Shown: in pieces, positions 60,709-64,000 of the stretch | Layout of the letters: each line of letters begins with the position of its first letter | How positions within the stretch are numbered: the stretch's first letter is position 1 | From: Alphaproteobacteria bacterium | GTDB lineage: Bacteria > Pseudomonadota > Alphaproteobacteria > Bin95 | Assembly: GCA_965205265.1 (NCBI GenBank) | Contig: CBDBGH010000003.1 | Span: forward strand, 5,312,001 to 5,376,000 | Reading direction: 5' to 3' | DNA: 64,000 nt | Position numbers and translations under genes: made by a program | Notes under the pieces: generated by a model | The model's input: only the letters and a program-made list of their open reading frames with translations | What the model was told of the DNA's origin: nothing | The model's database searches: none

Positions 60709-62523
60709 TCAACGGGCGGGAACCTCCGGCGCCGGATCGGCCTCGCCGGGACCGGCCGGGCCGAGACTGACGGCAACCCTGCGATCGGCGAGGGTGACGG
60801 TGACGTCGGGCCGGCGGATGCGGATATCGACGGCGCGGTTCGCGGGCACGAGCCACATCAGCTCGCGCTGCGCCGCCTCGGCGAGGGACTGGCGGCAGGC
60901 GTCGTCGTCCGACAGCAGCAGCCGCGTCGCCAGGTGGAGGGCGTCGCCGTCGAAGCGTGCGAGCTGGGTCTCGTAGCTGTCGGCGTCGGCGTCGTCGGAG
61001 GCCGAGAAGAAGGCGGCGCGCAGCAAGGCCGCGAGGTCGTGCGGCTGCAGCGCGCTGCCGGCGGTCACCAGCGGCAGGGCGTCGTCGAGCCAGCAGCGCC
61101 AGGCCTCGCCGGCGAAGGCGAGATCGGCGGCAAGGCCGAGGGTGCGTTCCCGCCCGTCCGCCGCCCGGACGGCGAGGTCGATGCGGACCGCGTCCGGCCT
61201 CGGCGGCAGCGCCGCGGCGGCCGGATCTGTCCGTTCGGGCAGCGGGGCGTCGCCGAGCGCATGAGGCGTGCCGTCCAGCGTGACCTTGATGGCGATGCCG
61301 GCCGCCCGGTCGAGGCGGTCGTACCAGGGGTAGCCCTCGAGCCGGCGGTCGGCCTCGAACAGGCGCGGCGCGAGGCCGTCGCGTTCGGCGGCGCGCCACA
61401 GCGCCTGGGCTTCCGGCGGTTCGGGATCGTCCGCCATGACCAGGGCGTCCGGGCCGGCGGCGGCGAGCGGCGGCGGGTCGCGCCAGTCGTCGATGCTGGC
61501 GATGGCGGGCCGCCAGGGCCGCAGCACGGCCGGCGGCGGGGCGATGGCGATGCCGGCCTCGCGGGCCTGCATCCAGTCTCCGAAGCCGGGGCGCGGATCG
61601 GGGTCGGCCGCCATGGCGCGCCAGATGGCGAGACGGGCGGCGTCCCGCATCTCGCCGAGGAAGGGGTTCTCGACCGCCTCCTTGCGGGCCGGCAGCACCA
61701 GTTCGAGACCGGGGCAGTCCCCGGCATCGGCCAGCACGGACCAGGCGGCGCCGTGGACGGTCTCGACGGTGGGCAGGCCGACGGCAAGCGTCAGGCCGTG
61801 GACATTGAGGTCGGGGTCCCTGTAGCCGTCATGGCGGTTCCTGAAGACGCCGAAGACGAGGCCGCGCCACGGCTCGGCATGGACCGCGCCGTCGAGGAAG
61901 GCGCGGCGCGGCAGCTCCTCCGGGGCGGCATCGCCGCCGGTGCGATCCTCGAAGACCACCGGCAGAGGATAATGCCGGGCGGCGGCCGCGGCAGCGTTGC
62001 GGATGGCGGCGGCGGATTCCGCTGCCCGGAACGAGACCGCCGTGCCGTGCGGGTGCGGCGCGCTTTCGTCTGCATGGACCTCGGCGTCCGCCTCGCCGAG
62101 GAAGTGCTCCGGCGACAGGGAGACCTGCCAGCCGGGCATCGTCTCCCCGCCGGGCGCACGCGGCCTGGAGGAGACGGCGCAGGTGCGCCGCGCCAGGCTG
62201 GCGAAGCCGAAGCCGGCGGCGTCCTCGCGCCGGACCAGGGCGTCGTCCCAGCCGTTCTCGCCGAAGCTCAGCAGCACGGCGGGATCGGCGATGCCGGCGC
62301 CGTCGTCGGAGACGGTGACGGTGAACGGCGTGTCGCCGGTCGCGGGGACGGAGTCGGCCGGACGGGGAGCGGAAGCGGCGACAGAGATGCGCACCCGCGC
62401 GGCGTCGGCGCGGCGGGCGTTCTGCAGCAGTTCGACGAAGATCTCGGCGAGGGTGGCGGCGTAGATGCGGGTGACGCGCCTGACGGCGCTGTCGTGGATG
62501 CGGGCGCGGATCGTGCGGTTCAT
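60709..62523 (-). CDS. GHKL/HATPase domain protein
   Basis: ELLQNARRA, VSDDGAGI, EDAAGFG; GGAGG RBS. Confidence 0.85.
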   Translation of the reverse strand: MNRTIRARIHDSAVRRVTRIYAATLAEIFVELLQNARRADAARVRISVAASAPRPADSVPATGDTPFTVTVSDDGAGIADPAVLLSFGENGWDDALVRREDAAGFGFASLARRTCAVSSRPRAPGGETMPGWQVSLSPEHFLGEADAEVHADESAPHPHGTAVSFRAAESAAAIRNAAAAAARHYPLPVVFEDRTGGDAAPEELPRRAFLDGAVHAEPWRGLVFGVFRNRHDGYRDPDLNVHGLTLAVGLPTVETVHGAAWSVLADAGDCPGLELVLPARKEAVENPFLGEMRDAARLAIWRAMAADPDPRPGFGDWMQAREAGIAIAPPPAVLRPWRPAIASIDDWRDPPPLAAAGPDALVMADDPEPPEAQALWRAAERDGLAPRLFEADRRLEGYPWYDRLDRAAGIAIKVTLDGTPHALGDAPLPERTDPAAAALPPRPDAVRIDLAVRAADGRERTLGLAADLAFAGEAWRCWLDDALPLVTAGSALQPHDLAALLRAAFFSASDDADADSYETQLARFDGDALHLATRLLLSDDDACRQSLAEAAQRELMWLVPANRAVDIRIRRPDVTVTLADRRVAVSLGPAGPGEADPAPEVPAR

Positions 62524-62554
62524 GGGTGGACCTCCGTTGGGACATGCGGAAACG

Positions 62555-62593
62555 GAAGCGCCCCGCCGGGTTTGCCGCCCGGCGGGGCGCTTC
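62555..62593. terminator. GC-rich hairpin between the parB-like and HATPase genes
   Basis: Perfect 16-bp stem GAAGCGCCCCGCCGGG / CCCGGCGGGGCGCTTC; no clear U-tract. Confidence 0.5.
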
Positions 62594-62608
62594 ATCGGGA
62601 CGGGACGG

Positions 62609-64000
62609 CTACCGGACGTGGCGCAGGAACTCAGGGATCGCCGCCGGGCCGGCATCGACGTCATGGCCGTTGACCGGAACCGGAGGCACCGGATCGGCGG
62701 TTGCGGCGGCGTCCGGCCGCCCGGTCTCCGGTTCGGCCGCCTCCATCGTTCCGGCCGCATCGGCCGCCGGGCCGGACGCGGGTTCGGAGCCCGGCGCGTC
62801 TCCGGCAGCGGCTGCCGCGTTCCCGGCGTTGCCGTCCGTCCGCCCGGCATCGAAGGCGGCGAACCCCGGCGGCGTCCAGGCCAGGGCGGCCGCGTGGGCG
62901 GCGGCGGAGAGCCCGAGCGGGCGCTCGCCGGCCGCGAAGGCCTGCTCCATCGCCTCGGCCAGCGCCGGCTTCCTGTACTTCGACCGCGCCGAGGCCCAGG
63001 CGGCGCCGAACACCGTGCGGGCGATGTCGAGGATGCGGCCCTTCGGCATGCGCGACCACAGCAGGCCGGCGGTCGGGCGGACATGGCCCGCGAAGTCGAT
63101 GCCGAGCCGGGCCACGGTGGCTTCGAGTTCGGGCCGCGCCTGCAGCTCGAAGGCGAGCTGGCCCTGCACGGTGCGCGCGACGCAGGCCGCGAACAGCGTC
63201 TCCTTCTCCGCCCGGGACAGGGCCCGGAGCGCGGCGAAGGCCTCGCCGTCGTCGGCGGCCTCCAGCCAGTCCAGGGGCAGGCCGGAACGATCCGCCAGCA
63301 TCGCCTCGCCCGGCGACCAGCCGGCGAAGTCCGCGTCGTTCATCCGGGCGCCGGGCCGGTCGGGGGTCTCCTTGACCGCGATGTCCAGCGCATGGGCCGC
63401 ATGGCCCGGCGCGAACACGGCCCGGCCGATCTGGAACAGCGCGAGATCGAAGGCGGCCTCGAAGTCTTGCGCCAGATGCGCCTTGACCAGGGCGGTGCGG
63501 ATCGACCGCAGGTCGTCGGCGAGACCGATGCCGACGCCGGCCTCCTTCCGCGCCTCGGCCTCGCGGTCCTTCGCCGCCGCCAGGGGCTGGACGACCGGCG
63601 AGGCGGGGGGATGGGTTGCGTGGCTCATGGCGTCCGGGTCGCGGCCGTTGCCGGCCCGGGTTGCCGGATCGCCGGATTCCGCCGGCATGTCCTCGGGCCT
63701 GACCAGCCCCTGGATCGTCCGGAGGCTGCCGTCATGGCCGATGGTGACGATGCAGCCGGCGATGGCGAAGTCCTCGGCCCGGAACACCGCGCGGGCCTCG
63801 ATGGCGCCCTCGATGGCGTCGAGCCGGTCGTCGTTGGCCTCGGACTCGGCGGCCAGCTCTTCCGTCCAGTCGTCCCCGTCGAGAGCGGCCAGTTCGATCT
63901 GGCGGGTCTCCAGCCTCTCGATCTCGGCCTGCTCCTCGTCCGTGGGCCGGCCGGGCTGCGGTTCGATGCGGCCGTGGCGGGCGGTCGCGCCCCAGTCGGC
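62609..64000 (-). CDS. ParB/RepB/Spo0J-family protein, C-terminal part (5' end outside window)
   Basis: AGCIVTIGHDG..GLVRPED, LFAACVA, RPTA..WSR..K..IL motifs typical of long plasmid ParB-like proteins; the ParB domain itself is not visible. Confidence 0.7.
   Translation of the reverse strand, partial: ADWGATARHGRIEPQPGRPTDEEQAEIERLETRQIELAALDGDDWTEELAAESEANDDRLDAIEGAIEARAVFRAEDFAIAGCIVTIGHDGSLRTIQGLVRPEDMPAESGDPATRAGNGRDPDAMSHATHPPASPVVQPLAAAKDREAEARKEAGVGIGLADDLRSIRTALVKAHLAQDFEAAFDLALFQIGRAVFAPGHAAHALDIAVKETPDRPGARMNDADFAGWSPGEAMLADRSGLPLDWLEAADDGEAFAALRALSRAEKETLFAACVARTVQGQLAFELQARPELEATVARLGIDFAGHVRPTAGLLWSRMPKGRILDIARTVFGAAWASARSKYRKPALAEAMEQAFAAGERPLGLSAAAHAAALAWTPPGFAAFDAGRTDGNAGNAAAAAGDAPGSEPASGPAADAAGTMEAAEPETGRPDAAATADPVPPVPVNGHDVDAGPAAIPEFLRHVR

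Larger units (their letters stand above)
46385..64000 (-). mobile_element. ICE/conjugative-plasmid backbone (leading-region-type gene array), continues beyond window
   Basis: Co-oriented parB-like, HATPase, radC, strawberry-notch, ssb, toprim and DUF2493 genes, a known alphaproteobacterial plasmid/ICE arrangement. Confidence 0.8.

Overview
High-GC accessory window made almost entirely of nested mobile DNA. The gene families suggest an alphaproteobacterium, probably a host-associated (sponge-type) symbiont; this is inference. From left to right: (1) an ankyrin-repeat gene cluster hit by two IS1634-family copies; (2) two tandem pairs of arm-type tyrosine integrases, an AAA/PD-(D/E)XK gene, an inactivated FN3/Ig autotransporter with a poly-C tract, a TbpB-like lipoprotein, a third IS1634, a CI-like repressor with a divergent Cro-Cro-Xis gene, and a pilin truncated by IS21; (3) two head-to-head modules, each 'integrase pair - 882-aa surface lipoprotein - Slam (type XI secretion)', sharing a 3.3-kb inverted repeat, one interrupted by a four-gene IS21-family element; (4) an ICE/plasmid leading-region backbone (DUF2493, toprim, SSB, strawberry-notch methylase/helicase, RadC, HATPase, ParB). 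The best novelty candidate is a family of ~7-kb paired-tyrosine-recombinase elements. They are marked by a 19-bp end motif (TGCGTCGGGTGTGAGAACC, three copies), carry Slam plus lipoprotein cassettes, and have recombined twice at the same 13 bp inside an integrase gene. No rRNA, tRNA or CRISPR array was seen. All family assignments come from motif recognition by eye, not from database searches.
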